DNA from: Vampirovibrionaceae bacterium NZW_1234
GTDB taxonomy: Bacteria; Cyanobacteriota; Vampirovibrionia; Vampirovibrionales; JAGQHJ01
DNA length: 64,000 nt
Direction of reading: 5' to 3'
Assembly: GCA_041697335.1 (NCBI GenBank)
Contig: JBGUGD010000010.1
Coordinates: 1 to 64,000, forward strand
Part shown: in pieces, positions 52,669-63,903 of the stretch
Position numbering within the stretch: position 1 is the stretch's first letter
How the letters are laid out: every line of letters begins with the position of its first letter
Notes under the pieces: generated by a model
Seen by the model: the letters and a program-made list of their open reading frames with translations, nothing else
Database searches by the model: none
Told to the model about the DNA's origin: nothing
Position numbers and translations under genes: made by a program

Positions 52669-54052
52669 TGCCCTTCAGGGGCTGTGCCAACTGAATAATC
52701 ATCGCTTTCATGTGCCGGCTCATGCCGGCCATGACGCGATTGGGCTCCTGGATCACATGGGTCTCGGTCCCTTTGCACTGGATTTGACAGAGCTGCCGCC
52801 CTTGGACGTTTTGGGCCAACCGACCGGCGTTTTGAAGGACTCACAGGCCATGGTGGCGCGCCTGTATGGGGCAGCCCACAGTTTTTACCTGGTTAATGGT
52901 GCCTCGGTCGGGATTATGGCCGCTCTATTGGCCGCCGGGGTCCGAGAGGGCGATACGGTCCTGGTGGCCCGCAATTGCCACCGCTCCGTGATTCACGGAC
53001 TCATTTTAAACGGAGCCACGCCCGTCTGGATTCTTCCGGAATCGCATCCGGATTGGGGTATTTGGGGATCCGTGTCGATGGCATCGGTGGACGCGGCCTT
53101 GCGAGAGACGCCCCAGGCTCGGGTGCTGGTGATGACCCACCCGACCTATGAAGGCATTTCGTCTGATGTCCTGGCCATTGCCGATGTGTGTCATCGGCAT
53201 GGGGTGATTCTCATCGTGGATGAGGCCCATGGGAGCCTCTGGCCGATTACACCGGGGATGCCGGTTTCAGCCCTTCAGGCGGGTGCCGATGCGGTGATTC
53301 ATTCGATGCATAAGAGTGGCGGGAGTTTAACACAGACGGCGCTCTTACATCTGTCGGCCGGTTCAAGCCTGATGCCGGAAATGGTGCAGCAGGCTTTGAA
53401 CGTGCTTCAAACCACCAGCCCTTCCTACTATTTGCTGGCGAACCTGGAGGCTACGGCCCTTTGGATGGGCTCTAAGGAAGGACAGGGTTGGATCCAGTCA
53501 CGCCTGGAACGAATCTCTCGTTTTCGAGAGTGGCTGGTAGAGACATGTGTGACGATTCAGGCATGGTCGGATAACTCGGATAGGGAGCAATTTCAGGTGT
53601 TTCTCAAATCGTCCGTGATGTCCGGGGAAGCCTTTGCCATGATGTTGGAAGAGGCCTACGGCATTTCCTTCGAGTCTTACTCCTCTCATGGGGTTCTGCT
53701 TCAAATCAATCCCGGCCTTGAAGAAAAGGCTTTGGAAGCGTTAAAAACTGCACTGGTAGCCATTGATGGCCAGAGCCAATTGATGCCGCTCTGGAATGGC
53801 AGCCAGGCGACAGGACAGGTTCGATTTGAGCGTCCTCAGTTACGGATATCGCCGCGTGAGGCGTTTTGGGCCCCCGGAGAGTCTGTTCAGCCTGAGGATG
53901 CTCTGGGACGTATTTGTAAACAGATTGTGGCGACCTGTCCGCCTGGGATCCCCATCTTGATGCCGGGTGAGATCATTACGGACTGGCATTTGGGCTTCTT
54001 GGAAGAACCGGTGCTGGTGGTCGCGGCGGATGCGTGTTCATCGCGTACGTAA
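52661..54052 (+). CDS. PLP-dependent Orn/Lys/Arg decarboxylase family protein
   Basis: FHVPAH, LVNGAS, RNCHRS, PTYEG, VDEAHG, HSMHK (PLP Lys), TTSPSY, CPPGIP; start uncertain (TTG 52661 or ATG 52604). Confidence 0.88.
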   Translation: MASALQGLCQLNNHRFHVPAHAGHDAIGLLDHMGLGPFALDLTELPPLDVLGQPTGVLKDSQAMVARLYGAAHSFYLVNGASVGIMAALLAAGVREGDTVLVARNCHRSVIHGLILNGATPVWILPESHPDWGIWGSVSMASVDAALRETPQARVLVMTHPTYEGISSDVLAIADVCHRHGVILIVDEAHGSLWPITPGMPVSALQAGADAVIHSMHKSGGSLTQTALLHLSAGSSLMPEMVQQALNVLQTTSPSYYLLANLEATALWMGSKEGQGWIQSRLERISRFREWLVETCVTIQAWSDNSDREQFQVFLKSSVMSGEAFAMMLEEAYGISFESYSSHGVLLQINPGLEEKALEALKTALVAIDGQSQLMPLWNGSQATGQVRFERPQLRISPREAFWAPGESVQPEDALGRICKQIVATCPPGIPILMPGEIITDWHLGFLEEPVLVVAADACSSRT

Positions 54053-54088
54053 GCATGGAGCCGGGGCCCTGTGCTTTAGGATATGAGC

Positions 54089-54409
54089 CTAAGTCGCATC
54101 ATGCTGGTTGTCAAAGATATCAATGATGGAGCCAACCACTTCGGTTGCCTTTTGAAAGGCCATGGCATTGGAGAGATAGCTGAATTCGGCCTGTTTGAGA
54201 TAGATGAGGTTACTGGCCAAATCCATGCTGAAGACCGACTCTTGAGAGCCTAGTCGGCTTTGCACCCCGCCACCATTGGGAGCTGGGGTGGTAATCACTT
54301 CCTGCTCATCAATTGGGGGCGGCGTATTGAGGTTGGCTATGTTCTGTGCTGCGGCATTAAAGCGTAACCGGGCGTCATTCATGCCGCTGGCTGGAATTGA
54401 CAGGTCCAT
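54089..54409 (-). CDS. Minimal flagellar basal-body rod-like protein (FlgC/FlgG-type termini only)
   Basis: N-term ASGM...AQNIANLNT and C-term DLASNLIYLKQAEFSYLSNA..F...GSIIDI. Confidence 0.75.
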   Translation of the reverse strand: MDLSIPASGMNDARLRFNAAAQNIANLNTPPPIDEQEVITTPAPNGGGVQSRLGSQESVFSMDLASNLIYLKQAEFSYLSNAMAFQKATEVVGSIIDIFDNQHDAT

Positions 54410-54577
54410 CGCGCTCGCTTGATTTTGGGGTGATAAAAGGAACGGTCCCCCTGGCAAGGGGCTATTATGGTTATACCCAGTTGGGGTGGTATTGAATCAT
54501 GGGAATTTGACTCTGGGCGAGGTACAATACCTAACGTTCACCTAAGGTCCCAAATGTCCAAATGGAGGAACCATTCA

Positions 54578-54838
54578 ATGGCAACACCGAAAGAACCCAG
54601 AGACGGAAGCGTCACCATTGCCGGTGTTTACTGGCTGGCTCGGATGATTGATAAAGCCCGTTTAGAGGCGGCCGGTCAAATTGAAATCTTTGATTTGGAA
54701 TACCCATGTCCTATGGATCAGCGTTTATTGCGGGATTTGGGCTTGAGCGGCCAAGAGTTCCAGAACATTGCCGTGAATGCCCAGAGCGATGAGGAGATTG
54801 TTGAGGCCTTGAAAGCCCGCAACGCATTGCCGGTTTAG
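54578..54838 (+). CDS. DUF5069-like protein
   Basis: GGAGG RBS; PR...AGVYWLARMIDKAR, YPCPMDQRLL..LG. Confidence 0.75.
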   Translation: MATPKEPRDGSVTIAGVYWLARMIDKARLEAAGQIEIFDLEYPCPMDQRLLRDLGLSGQEFQNIAVNAQSDEEIVEALKARNALPV

Positions 54839-54919
54839 CGCCTGAGGCTTTAATCGCATCGGGATTTCACCTATAATGCCCATATATAAGGTAGTTTGCG
54901 ATTTTTGAGGAATGGACCC

Positions 54920-55210
54920 ATGACGGATGTTGAAAACGTAACAGCGGACAGTGCCACGGCGACCGAATCGGTCAGCTCGGTTGATATGATGGTTCGGGTT
55001 CAGGAAGTTCTGGACGCGGTTCGTCCTTATCTTCAGGCCGATGGCGGTGACTGTGAGTTGATTGATGTGACGCCGGAGGGCGTGGTTCAATTGAAGCTCC
55101 ACGGGGCGTGCGGCTCGTGTCCCAGCTCTACCTATACCCTGAAATTGGGGATTGAAGAGCAGCTCAAGCAGCATGTTCCTGGCATTGTCGAGGTGCAGCA
55201 GGTCTTTTAG
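54920..55210 (+). CDS. nfuA: NifU C-terminal domain / Nfu Fe-S carrier
   Basis: [28 protein letters not shown]. Confidence 0.9.
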   Translation: MTDVENVTADSATATESVSSVDMMVRVQEVLDAVRPYLQADGGDCELIDVTPEGVVQLKLHGACGSCPSSTYTLKLGIEEQLKQHVPGIVEVQQVF

Positions 55211-56376
55211 TGGGCTCCTCTGGAGAATCATCCCTGACACAAACGCTGGCCTCCCTGGCGAAGGAGCATCGCCTCCGAAGCTTGCGGACGATGCGTCCCC
55301 TTTGTCGTCCCGAAATTGTTCTGGACGGGCAGTCGCGGGTTGATTTTTGCAGCAACGATTACCTGGGCTTGTCCCAGCATCCGGCTTTGAAAGCCGCTAC
55401 TCAGGCAGCGGTGGATCAGTATGGCACCGGAACCGGCGGCGCTCGCCTTATCGGGGGCACTCTGGACTTGCATACGCAATTGGAAGAGGCTGTGGCTGCC
55501 TTTAAAGGGACCGAAGCGGCTTTGGTGTTTAATAGCGGCTATCAGGCCAATGTGGGTGTTCTTTCGGGGTTGGTTCAGCGACGGGATATAATTCTGGCGG
55601 ATAAACTCAATCACGCCAGCTTGGTGGACGGCGCCTTGTTGGCTCAAGCCAAGCTGATTCGCTATCCTCATCTGGATTTGACGGCTTTAGAAGATAAGTT
55701 GGCGCACTGTCCCAAAGGGGTGCAAAAGTGGATTGTGACCGATACGGTCTTTTCCATGGATGGGGATCAGGCGGATTTGACGGCCTTGGCGGCCTTAATG
55801 GAACGTTATGATGCCTGGCTGATTCTGGATGAGGCCCACGCAACCGGGATCTATGGGGAACATCATCGCAGTGGTCTGTGGGAAACAACGGGTATCGGGG
55901 CCCACCCCAGGGTGATCCAAATTGGCACCTTTAGCAAAGCCCTCGGGAGTTTTGGGGCCTATGTCGCTGCTTCACGAGAAGTGGTGACGGCACTGATCCA
56001 GTTTAGTCGCAGTTTTGTCTACTCAACGTCACTGCCTCCCGGGGTCGTTGCGGCCAATCTTGCGGCCTTGGAGCTGGTTCAGGAAGAGGCCGCGTTGACG
56101 CAGCAGTTGTGGGCCAATGTGGATGGGTTTCGAGGTCGTCTTGACGCATTGAATCTGGGGCTGCCTGCGTGGCGAAGCCCCATTATCCCCTGGATTTTAG
56201 GGGACGCTTCACGGACGGTTCAGGCGGCTCAAACGCTTCTGGAGGCCGGGTTTTTTGTGCAGGCCATACGCCCGCCCACAGTGCCTGAGGGCACGGCGCG
56301 TCTTCGGATTACCGTTTCGTCCCTCCACCAGCCGGATCACCTTGAGGCCCTGGCGCAGGTCTTGAAAACACTCTAG
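55210..56376 (+). CDS. bioF: 8-amino-7-oxononanoate synthase
   Basis: FCSNDYLGL, SGYQAN, NHASLVDG, FSMDGD, DEAHA, GTFSKA, IRPPTVP. Confidence 0.93.
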   Translation: MGSSGESSLTQTLASLAKEHRLRSLRTMRPLCRPEIVLDGQSRVDFCSNDYLGLSQHPALKAATQAAVDQYGTGTGGARLIGGTLDLHTQLEEAVAAFKGTEAALVFNSGYQANVGVLSGLVQRRDIILADKLNHASLVDGALLAQAKLIRYPHLDLTALEDKLAHCPKGVQKWIVTDTVFSMDGDQADLTALAALMERYDAWLILDEAHATGIYGEHHRSGLWETTGIGAHPRVIQIGTFSKALGSFGAYVAASREVVTALIQFSRSFVYSTSLPPGVVAANLAALELVQEEAALTQQLWANVDGFRGRLDALNLGLPAWRSPIIPWILGDASRTVQAAQTLLEAGFFVQAIRPPTVPEGTARLRITVSSLHQPDHLEALAQVLKTL

Positions 56377-56469
56377 GCTGCCTTTCGTAGAGATATGCCT
56401 GAGCAACATTTGAGGTTGATGGGGTTTTCTCTGTATGTCTCTGTCTCGTAAACCCGTTGCCGTATCGCG

Positions 56470-57591
56470 TTGGCCTGGAGCTTTTGTGCTGTGTTTCTGT
56501 CCCCCATGTCTCGGATGTATTCGCCCCACCCATCAATGCCACGTTTGATGAAACGAGACTCCCACTCCCGGCGGTTTGGGAGTGAATCTCAGGCTAAACC
56601 TTCAACAGCCCTGGCGATTCCTGAAGCCGTGAAAATTGTACCCAATCCCAGACTCTCCCCAAAGGACGTGTTGGAGCTGTTTCCCCAAGGGCTAAAAGAT
56701 CTTGTCTTTCAGCAAGGCACGTTGGAAAACTGTTATTTTTTGGCCTCGGTGGATGCCTTGTCTCGCAATCCCTATGGCAGAAGACGCCTTATGCAGCTGA
56801 TTCGTCCCTTGGGGGGCGGCATCTATGACGTCTATTTCCCTGGAAAACCCGGGTCGGTTTATCGCGTTACTCTGGCCGACTTGGCGATGCCTTGCTTTCG
56901 CCAGGCGTCGCTTCGAAATGGAGAGCCCCTTGCATTGATTCGGTTGAAACCGTCACAGGGAGCCCGGGGGGTGCAGATTCTTGAGCATGCCTTCGGACAA
57001 ATGCTGTTGGACCTGAAGGGTGACCGATCCCATCCCTGGATCGCTTATCCCGACGGGGCTTCTGCACTGGCGATGTTGGCTTTGACAGGACATCCCCCTG
57101 GTCTTGAGATCAGCACCCGTGTGGCCAAAAATCGTGCATGGGAAGATTCCAACTCCTTCTTGGCGGAATCGCTGACTAAGCCGGAATTGCTGGATGCCGT
57201 GGCGTATGAGTTGAATCAGCTATCAAGACATCCTGCTCGCAACCTGGTAACGGTGGGTACGCCCGCGGAAGAATTGGCCGCCTTTAATGCGCAGGACGGA
57301 ACACCCTATGTGGACAAGGTACTTCGCTTTTTGGCAGGCCATGAATTCTCGGTGCGCCATATTGATGCCCAGCGTCGAACCTTGACCCTGGTTGATCCCC
57401 ATGATACCGGCCCGACCTTGACGCTGAGCTATGCCGAGTTTTTTCGGTATTTCAACTACTTGCAGGCGACTCCGGTCCCGGAAGTGTTGTCGGGTGAAGA
57501 AGAGCTGCCCATTCCTGCCAGTGATGCCCGTTATGACCCACTTCGCTCGTCGCTGATGGCTGCCATCCGACTGGCTATGCAATCAGAATAG
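56470..57591 (+). CDS. Calpain-like (peptidase C2) cysteine protease
   Basis: QQGTLENCYFLAS, LEHAF, ALTG, GHEFSV, LVDPHD; start may be 56506 or later. Confidence 0.78.
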   Translation: MAWSFCAVFLSPMSRMYSPHPSMPRLMKRDSHSRRFGSESQAKPSTALAIPEAVKIVPNPRLSPKDVLELFPQGLKDLVFQQGTLENCYFLASVDALSRNPYGRRRLMQLIRPLGGGIYDVYFPGKPGSVYRVTLADLAMPCFRQASLRNGEPLALIRLKPSQGARGVQILEHAFGQMLLDLKGDRSHPWIAYPDGASALAMLALTGHPPGLEISTRVAKNRAWEDSNSFLAESLTKPELLDAVAYELNQLSRHPARNLVTVGTPAEELAAFNAQDGTPYVDKVLRFLAGHEFSVRHIDAQRRTLTLVDPHDTGPTLTLSYAEFFRYFNYLQATPVPEVLSGEEELPIPASDARYDPLRSSLMAAIRLAMQSE

Positions 57592-57618
57592 TCCTGAAAC
57601 GTTCTTGATTACTTGAGA

Positions 57619-58257
57619 CTAAAGAGAATCAAAGGTATTGTCCGGGGCGATGGTTGCTTTATATTCCTCGGCATCTTCTTGCGTTGTTTTCAGGCGATCG
57701 ATATCCGAACTGGTCAGTTGCCATTCGTTTCGCTTGGTCCTGGGATGCTCCGTGTTCTGTTGTGCTTGGGACTCGCTATTGGTTGGTTTACTGGGATGAT
57801 GGCCTGCTGGGATCGGGGCGGCTTCTACTTTTTGCCTGAAACCCTGCAGGCAGTCTTGGACGGCTTTGTATGCCCCTTGGACCAGCTCGTCGCTGGAGCC
57901 GCCTAAGACGTCCAGGGGCGGCTCGTATTCAATGACAATGCGGACTTGTGTCTGCTCAGGGGAGACGGGATTCAACGTCACAGCCCCTGCCTGCCGGACA
58001 TCTGCCTGACGGACCGAATACCAGCTGATGGAATGGTGCCCGCGATCCGGGCGAGGCAGTTCAACAGCCAAATCCCACACCATCGGCTTGCCCGTCGGGC
58101 CAGTCAGCGTCCAGACCCAGGTGTGGTGTGAGGGATTGTGCTGATGGACCTCCTGGACGTAGGGCATAAAGCTGGGGTAGTTTGGGAAGTCGGCCCAGAC
58201 CTGATAGCAGGCCTCCAAAGGGGCGTTGACGGTGATGGTTTGATCAATACGGGCCAT
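57619..58257 (-). CDS. SRPBCC / polyketide cyclase-dehydrase family protein
   Basis: AGGAGG RBS; ITVNAPLEACYQVWADFPNYPSFMP, ISW.S, GAV, YEPP. Confidence 0.88.
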   Translation of the reverse strand: MARIDQTITVNAPLEACYQVWADFPNYPSFMPYVQEVHQHNPSHHTWVWTLTGPTGKPMVWDLAVELPRPDRGHHSISWYSVRQADVRQAGAVTLNPVSPEQTQVRIVIEYEPPLDVLGGSSDELVQGAYKAVQDCLQGFRQKVEAAPIPAGHHPSKPTNSESQAQQNTEHPRTKRNEWQLTSSDIDRLKTTQEDAEEYKATIAPDNTFDSL

Positions 58258-58529
58258 AATTTGGGTTCCTCCTATATCCAATGAGGGTTTTATGCATCGT
58301 AGCTGAACCGCCGAGGCAGCCTGGGCGAGCAAGCCACTCTGGGGGCATTGTAAATGAGGTTCTTGTCGGTGATATGCCCTGAAGGGGCAATGTTCTGGAT
58401 TGTTGCTCGGCTTTGGGCACGGGTGACAAACTCAGCCGCGACAGCATATCCGTTGCCTTGTTCTCGCCGTTCGGTTTCGTTAAGATAGGGAATAGTTCCA
58501 CCCCCCTGAGAAAGAAGGATACCGAACCC

Positions 58530-60329
58530 ATGCGCATGTCCACCTTGTTGGCACCCACGTTGCGAGAAAACCCAGCAGAGGCTGAGGTTGTTAGCCATCA
58601 GTTATTGATGCGGGCAGGGTATATTCGGCGTCTGGCCAGTGGGATCTATAATTATCTGCCGTTGATGTGGCGGGTGATGAAGAAAGTGGAAGAGATTGTT
58701 CGCCAAGAGATGGATCGTGCCGGGGCTCAGGAATTGTTGATGCCGATTTTACAGCCCGCTGATATCTGGCAGGATTCTGGGCGCTGGGAAGTCTATGGGA
58801 AAGAGCTGATTCGCTTAAAGGATCGCCATGATCGCGACTGTGTCTTGGGGCCAACCCATGAAGAAGTAATTACCACTATTGCCAAGAACGAAGTCCACTC
58901 CTATCGTCAGTTGCCGGTGAATCTGTATCAGATTCAAAACAAATATCGGGATGAAATTCGCCCGAGATTTGGCTTGTTGCGAGGCCGGGAGTTTATTATG
59001 AAGGATGCTTACAGCTTTCATGCCTCCGATGCCGATTTGGATCGGGAGTACAACGTCATGGCAGAGACCTATAAAAATATCTTCAAACGCTGTGGTCTGG
59101 AGACGCGGATGGTTCGTAGCGATAGCGGCGCCATTGGTGGGGATGTCAGTCATGAATTTATGGTTCTGACCCAAACCCACAGTGGGGAGTGTGATGTGTA
59201 TTATTGTAATCAATGCGAATATGCCGCCAATGGCAACCGGGCAGAGTCGATTTTGCCTCCTGCCGACGTCAATGGGGCCAGTCAGTTTCCAGAAGCCAAG
59301 GCCATGGAGACGCCCAACTGCACCACCATTGATGAATTGGCGACCTTCTTAAAGATTGCACCCAGCCTGATCTGTAAGGCCCTGCTCTACATTAAAGATG
59401 AGAAAGAGCCGGTTTTGGCCCTGATTCGGGGTGATCTGGAAGTGGAAGAGGTTAAGCTGCAAAATGCGGCGGGTGCCAACGAGATTCGCTTGGCTTCGGC
59501 TGAAGAAGTCGCACGCTATTCTCAGAGCGAAAAAGGCTATGTGGGTGTTGGGGACTGGACGCTTACCGTGAAAGACGGCAAGATTTTCTGGGGGCCGCAA
59601 GGTGGCCAAGCTATCTGGACGTTAATGGACAGCAGTTTGGAGGCCTTATCTCACTTTGTGGTCGGTATGAACCGCAAGGATTACCATAAAGTGGGCTTTA
59701 CCTGGCCCAGTTCACCCAGCCTCCAGGGGATGTTTTCTGATCTGCGTTTGGCTCGCGTGGGCGATACGTGTCCCGAGTGCCAATCCGGAACCCTGGAAAT
59801 GACCCGGGGCATTGAAGTGGGAAATATCTTCAAGCTGGGAACCAAGTACTCCCGAAAGATGAATGCAACCTACAGCACCGAAGACGGCAAGGAAGAGCCC
59901 TTTATCATGGGCTGCTATGGCATCGGGATCAGCCGGACTGCTGCGGCCGCTGTGGAGCGCTATCATGATGAGAACGGGATCATCTGGCCGATTCCGATTG
60001 CCCCCTACCATGTCGTGGTGATTCCCGTGAATACTGGCGATGAGACCCAAATGTCTCTGGCTACCCAGGTCTATGACACGCTGAAGGCGGCAGGCATTGA
60101 GGTGGTGATGGATGATCGCGATGAACGAGCCGGGGTCAAGTTTAAAGACGCCGATTTATTAGGCTTTCCCTTACGCCTGACGGCGGGTAAGAAGGCCGCT
60201 GAAGGAATTCTGGAATTTAAACGGCGTTCTGACGGGTCCATGCAGGACGTTGCGGTGGGTGATGTGTTAGACTTTGTGAAAAAGCAACTGGCAGAAGGCC
60301 AAGTGGAAGCGGTTTTGACCCATGTCTGA
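58530..60329 (+). CDS. proS: Proline--tRNA ligase (bacterial type with editing domain)
   Basis: [51 protein letters not shown]. Confidence 0.98.
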   Translation: MRMSTLLAPTLRENPAEAEVVSHQLLMRAGYIRRLASGIYNYLPLMWRVMKKVEEIVRQEMDRAGAQELLMPILQPADIWQDSGRWEVYGKELIRLKDRHDRDCVLGPTHEEVITTIAKNEVHSYRQLPVNLYQIQNKYRDEIRPRFGLLRGREFIMKDAYSFHASDADLDREYNVMAETYKNIFKRCGLETRMVRSDSGAIGGDVSHEFMVLTQTHSGECDVYYCNQCEYAANGNRAESILPPADVNGASQFPEAKAMETPNCTTIDELATFLKIAPSLICKALLYIKDEKEPVLALIRGDLEVEEVKLQNAAGANEIRLASAEEVARYSQSEKGYVGVGDWTLTVKDGKIFWGPQGGQAIWTLMDSSLEALSHFVVGMNRKDYHKVGFTWPSSPSLQGMFSDLRLARVGDTCPECQSGTLEMTRGIEVGNIFKLGTKYSRKMNATYSTEDGKEEPFIMGCYGIGISRTAAAAVERYHDENGIIWPIPIAPYHVVVIPVNTGDETQMSLATQVYDTLKAAGIEVVMDDRDERAGVKFKDADLLGFPLRLTAGKKAAEGILEFKRRSDGSMQDVAVGDVLDFVKKQLAEGQVEAVLTHV

Positions 60330-62124
60330 TTCCAATATTCGTAATTTTTGTATTATTGCCCACATTGATCATGGAAAATCCACCCTGGCCGACCGGCTTC
60401 TGGAATTTACCGGGACCATTGATGCTCGCCAAATGAAAGATCAGGTCCTGGATAACCTGGAACTGGAACGCGAACGCGGGATTACCATCAAGCTCCAGGC
60501 GGCTCGGATGAACTACAGCTATCAGGGCAAGGATTACATTTTGAATCTGATTGACACGCCCGGTCACGTGGACTTTAGTTACGAGGTATCCCGGAGTCTG
60601 GCTGCCTGTGAAGGGGCCTTGTTGGTGGTGGATGCTTCGCAGGGGGTGGAGGCTCAAACCCTGGCCAATGCCTATATGGCTATTAACCATAATCTTGAAA
60701 TTATCCCGGTCATTAACAAAATCGATTTGCCCAGTGCGGATCCGGAGCGCATCAAGCATGAGATTGAAGAGGTGGTTGGTGTTCCTGCGGAAGATGCTGT
60801 TTTGTGTTCAGCCAAGGCCGGGATTGGGATTGATGAAATCCTTCAGGCCATTGTCGAACGGGTCCCGCCGCCCAAAGTTACCGATGATGTTCCCTTAAAG
60901 GCTATGATTTTTGACAGCTACTTTGACCCCTATATGGGCATTATTCCGTATTTTCGGGTCATGGAAGGCCAGATTCGCAAGGGTGACAAAGTGCGCTTTA
61001 TGGCCAACAATGCCAGCTATGAAGTCGTGGAGCTCGGGGTGATGCGTCCCAATCGAACGACCAAGGACGTTCTGTCGTCTGGAGAAGTTGGCTATTTGGC
61101 AGCTTCCATTAAAGACCTGGGCTATTATGTTGGGGACACCATTACCAATGCCGCTCAACCGGCGGAAGAGCCTTTGCCGGGTTATCAGAAGGCCGTACCT
61201 ATGGTGTTCTGCGGCCTGTATCCTGTGAATAATGATGACTACGAAGACCTTAAAGAGTCCCTTGAAAAGCTTCAGCTTAACGACTCCAGTATTACCTTTG
61301 AGCCGGAAACCTCGGAAGCCTTAGGTTTTGGCTTTCGCTGCGGCTTCTTGGGGTTGTTGCATATGGAAATTATTCAAGAACGTCTGGAGCGGGAATACAA
61401 CCTGGATCTGATTGTGACAGCGCCCAGCGTGGTTTATCGGGTCTATAACGTTCACGGCAAGTACATTGAAATCCATAATCCAGCCGATTTGCCCCCGCCG
61501 GCCCAACGGGATCACATTGATGAGCCCATCGTGAAGGTCAGTATTATTACCCCGAATACCTTTGTTGGCGCCCTGATGGATCTGGCGCAAAGTCGTCGCG
61601 GGGTCTTTTTGTCCATGGATTATCTTGATACGACTCGGGTGAACCTGCAGTATGAGCTGCCTTTGAACGAGATGGTTACGGACTTTTATGACCAGCTCAA
61701 GTCCAGAACCAAAGGCTATGCCAGTATGGATTACTCGTTCAGTGGTTTCCGGACTGCGAAGCTGGTCAAGCTGGATATTCTTCTGGCGGGTGAGCAGGTT
61801 GATGCCCTAAGTGTTATTGTGCACGAGGAAAAAGCCTATTATGTGGGCAGAACGCTCACGGAAAAGCTCAAAGAGTTGATTCCTCGCCAGATGTTTGAAG
61901 TGCCCATTCAGGCCGCCATTGGAAGTAAGGTTCTGGCCCGGACCAATGTAAAAGCCATGCGCAAAAACGTGTTGGAAAAGTGTTATGGTGGCGATATCAG
62001 TCGGAAGCGTAAGCTGTTGGAGAAACAAAAAGCCGGGAAAAAGCGCATGAAGTCCATTGGGAAAGTGGACGTGCCTCAGGAGGCTTTTATGGCTGTGCTT
62101 AAGTTGTCTTCAGAGATGTCCTAA
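60322..62124 (+). CDS. lepA: Elongation factor 4
   Basis: [51 protein letters not shown]. Confidence 0.98.
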   Translation: MSDSNIRNFCIIAHIDHGKSTLADRLLEFTGTIDARQMKDQVLDNLELERERGITIKLQAARMNYSYQGKDYILNLIDTPGHVDFSYEVSRSLAACEGALLVVDASQGVEAQTLANAYMAINHNLEIIPVINKIDLPSADPERIKHEIEEVVGVPAEDAVLCSAKAGIGIDEILQAIVERVPPPKVTDDVPLKAMIFDSYFDPYMGIIPYFRVMEGQIRKGDKVRFMANNASYEVVELGVMRPNRTTKDVLSSGEVGYLAASIKDLGYYVGDTITNAAQPAEEPLPGYQKAVPMVFCGLYPVNNDDYEDLKESLEKLQLNDSSITFEPETSEALGFGFRCGFLGLLHMEIIQERLEREYNLDLIVTAPSVVYRVYNVHGKYIEIHNPADLPPPAQRDHIDEPIVKVSIITPNTFVGALMDLAQSRRGVFLSMDYLDTTRVNLQYELPLNEMVTDFYDQLKSRTKGYASMDYSFSGFRTAKLVKLDILLAGEQVDALSVIVHEEKAYYVGRTLTEKLKELIPRQMFEVPIQAAIGSKVLARTNVKAMRKNVLEKCYGGDISRKRKLLEKQKAGKKRMKSIGKVDVPQEAFMAVLKLSSEMS

Positions 62125-62271
62125 CCTCCCGGAATTCTCCTGACGATTCTTTTTGCGATTTGGGACGGCGTTCATTGCTTCCCTGGGTTCTTGGCTTGAG
62201 GCATGTTTGTCCTATACTAAAACCTACCTGATCCCTTTTGGATTCAGTGCGAAGTTTTGGGAGTTCTTTCG

Positions 62272-63150
62272 ATGCGAGTTTCTGTCATATCGCCGCAGCG
62301 TCGGGTTTTGTCGCCGCTGGATGCGACTGGAGTGAAGTCTTTGTCTGAGATGCCACGTTGGCAAGCATCCTCAACAATTCGGTTTGGAGTTGCCCAACCT
62401 GCTAGGCCCACGTTTTCATGGCCGACACCTGTTAAAAAGGCCTTTCAGCAGGTTTTGGCGGATGTACCGTTGCGGCTGGCAGAGCCTGAAACACTGGAGC
62501 AAACGGTTTTACGCCCCTTAAATGTTGCCTTGGCCATGGCAATGCAAGCACATCCCAGCTTTCCTGAATTTCGGGATCCCCAACCGATTGCAGAAGTCTT
62601 TTTACCTGCCGTTAAAGGGGTATTAGCCCTTCCAGAAGAGGCCCGATTGGAGCTGATGACCTTGATGATGGTTCGCGATCCTTCGGATCATGAAGCGCCC
62701 CATAACTATTTACAGGATCTGGTGGCCTACACGCTGGAGTACCAGAATGGGGCAGCCCAGGCGGCCCCGGTATTAAGTGTGATGTTTCGGGAACTGACAG
62801 AAAAGAACCATCCGATGATGACGACCTTGGGCCAAATGCAGCAGTGGTTCATTAAAATCCGGTATACGGATCCCAATGTTTCAGAACCTGCGGACGCCTT
62901 TTTAACTCGTTTTAAAGAACGCCATCAGGTGGACGACCTGGCCGATCATATTGCCTGCCTTTGGGAGCATTCCCGTACCTCCAATACCGCCGCCATAAAA
63001 AAAGCCCTGAATGCCTTGGAGCCCAATCTGCATTCGCCGCCACAATCGATTCCGGCTGTGGAGACCAAGCCTCGCCTGGTAAGCTGGATGATGGCCCCAT
63101 TTCGATGGTTGGAGCGATGGAGAGGTGGTGGGAGGCCTCCTCAGACGTAA
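62272..63150 (+). CDS. Hypothetical helical protein with N-terminal RFG motif
   Basis: GGGAG RBS; S/P/R-rich leader ending TIRFG; amphipathic C-terminal LVSWMMAPFRWLERW. Confidence 0.72.
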   Translation: MRVSVISPQRRVLSPLDATGVKSLSEMPRWQASSTIRFGVAQPARPTFSWPTPVKKAFQQVLADVPLRLAEPETLEQTVLRPLNVALAMAMQAHPSFPEFRDPQPIAEVFLPAVKGVLALPEEARLELMTLMMVRDPSDHEAPHNYLQDLVAYTLEYQNGAAQAAPVLSVMFRELTEKNHPMMTTLGQMQQWFIKIRYTDPNVSEPADAFLTRFKERHQVDDLADHIACLWEHSRTSNTAAIKKALNALEPNLHSPPQSIPAVETKPRLVSWMMAPFRWLERWRGGGRPPQT

Positions 63151-63255
63151 AGGACTTGGGCCTCGTGGTCTCTTCTCTCGGCTTCCTGTCAGCGCTTTCA
63201 TTTTCTTCCCGGGTTCGATAAGATCCGGATGATATGGACAATGGAGGGCTGCTAC

Positions 63256-63642
63256 ATGTCGAGACGCTGGATGGGGCTGTTTATTTTGTTGGGGCTGGCT
63301 TTGGTCGGCTTGGCATGGGCCATTGTAGATTTAAAGCATCCGGATGTCTCCGTGGTGCAATGTGACCTCAAGGGGCGGGGAGCGTCGGTGCAGCAATTTA
63401 AAGCCTCAGCCCGGGTCCTTTATACTCGTAGCGGCAAAACGCAGGATGATATCGCTCTAACGTGTCCCGGAATGGGAAACGTTGTAATCAATGATGATTT
63501 ACCGCTACCTTTGGAGGAACATAAGCCGGTTCAACTCACACAGAAACAATATCGCCTGTTGCCTGATCGCTACCAGCTCTCAGTGCCGGTTATTAACCCC
63601 AACCAAGGCGCTGAAACCAATCCAAATCCCTCGAATTTTTAA
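63256..63642 (+). CDS. Membrane-anchored/secreted hypothetical protein
   Basis: GGAGG RBS; N-terminal TM, two Cys, beta-rich (OB-like) body. Confidence 0.72.
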   Translation: MSRRWMGLFILLGLALVGLAWAIVDLKHPDVSVVQCDLKGRGASVQQFKASARVLYTRSGKTQDDIALTCPGMGNVVINDDLPLPLEEHKPVQLTQKQYRLLPDRYQLSVPVINPNQGAETNPNPSNF

Positions 63643-63741
63643 CCGACAATCAGCCTCAGGTGTTTTTCCTATCTAAGCCTTGGCAGCGTGGGTTTGGCGT
63701 GATCGGCATCAGAATGTGTTTTGAAGACACTAAGGAAGCGT

Positions 63742-63903
63742 AAAGAAAAAGGAGATTTCGTTTTCGAAACCTCCTCCTCGCTTTGGAACTAGTTTGACCT
63801 GAGTTCCCCTCTAAATATCCACTACCAACCTACTAATTGCTATCTTCCCCCTCAACACCCCTCCGTAAGAGCCCCGTCCGACTTGGGAGACAGGTGTCTT
63901 ACG
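63742..63903 (-). ncRNA. Candidate ~160-nt GGA-rich small RNA with intrinsic terminator
   Basis: TATACT -10 (63909-63914, minus), 5' hairpin CGTAAGA/TCTTACG, terminator GGAGGTTTCG/CGAAATCTCC plus U tail, no ORF longer than 15 aa seen. Confidence 0.55.
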
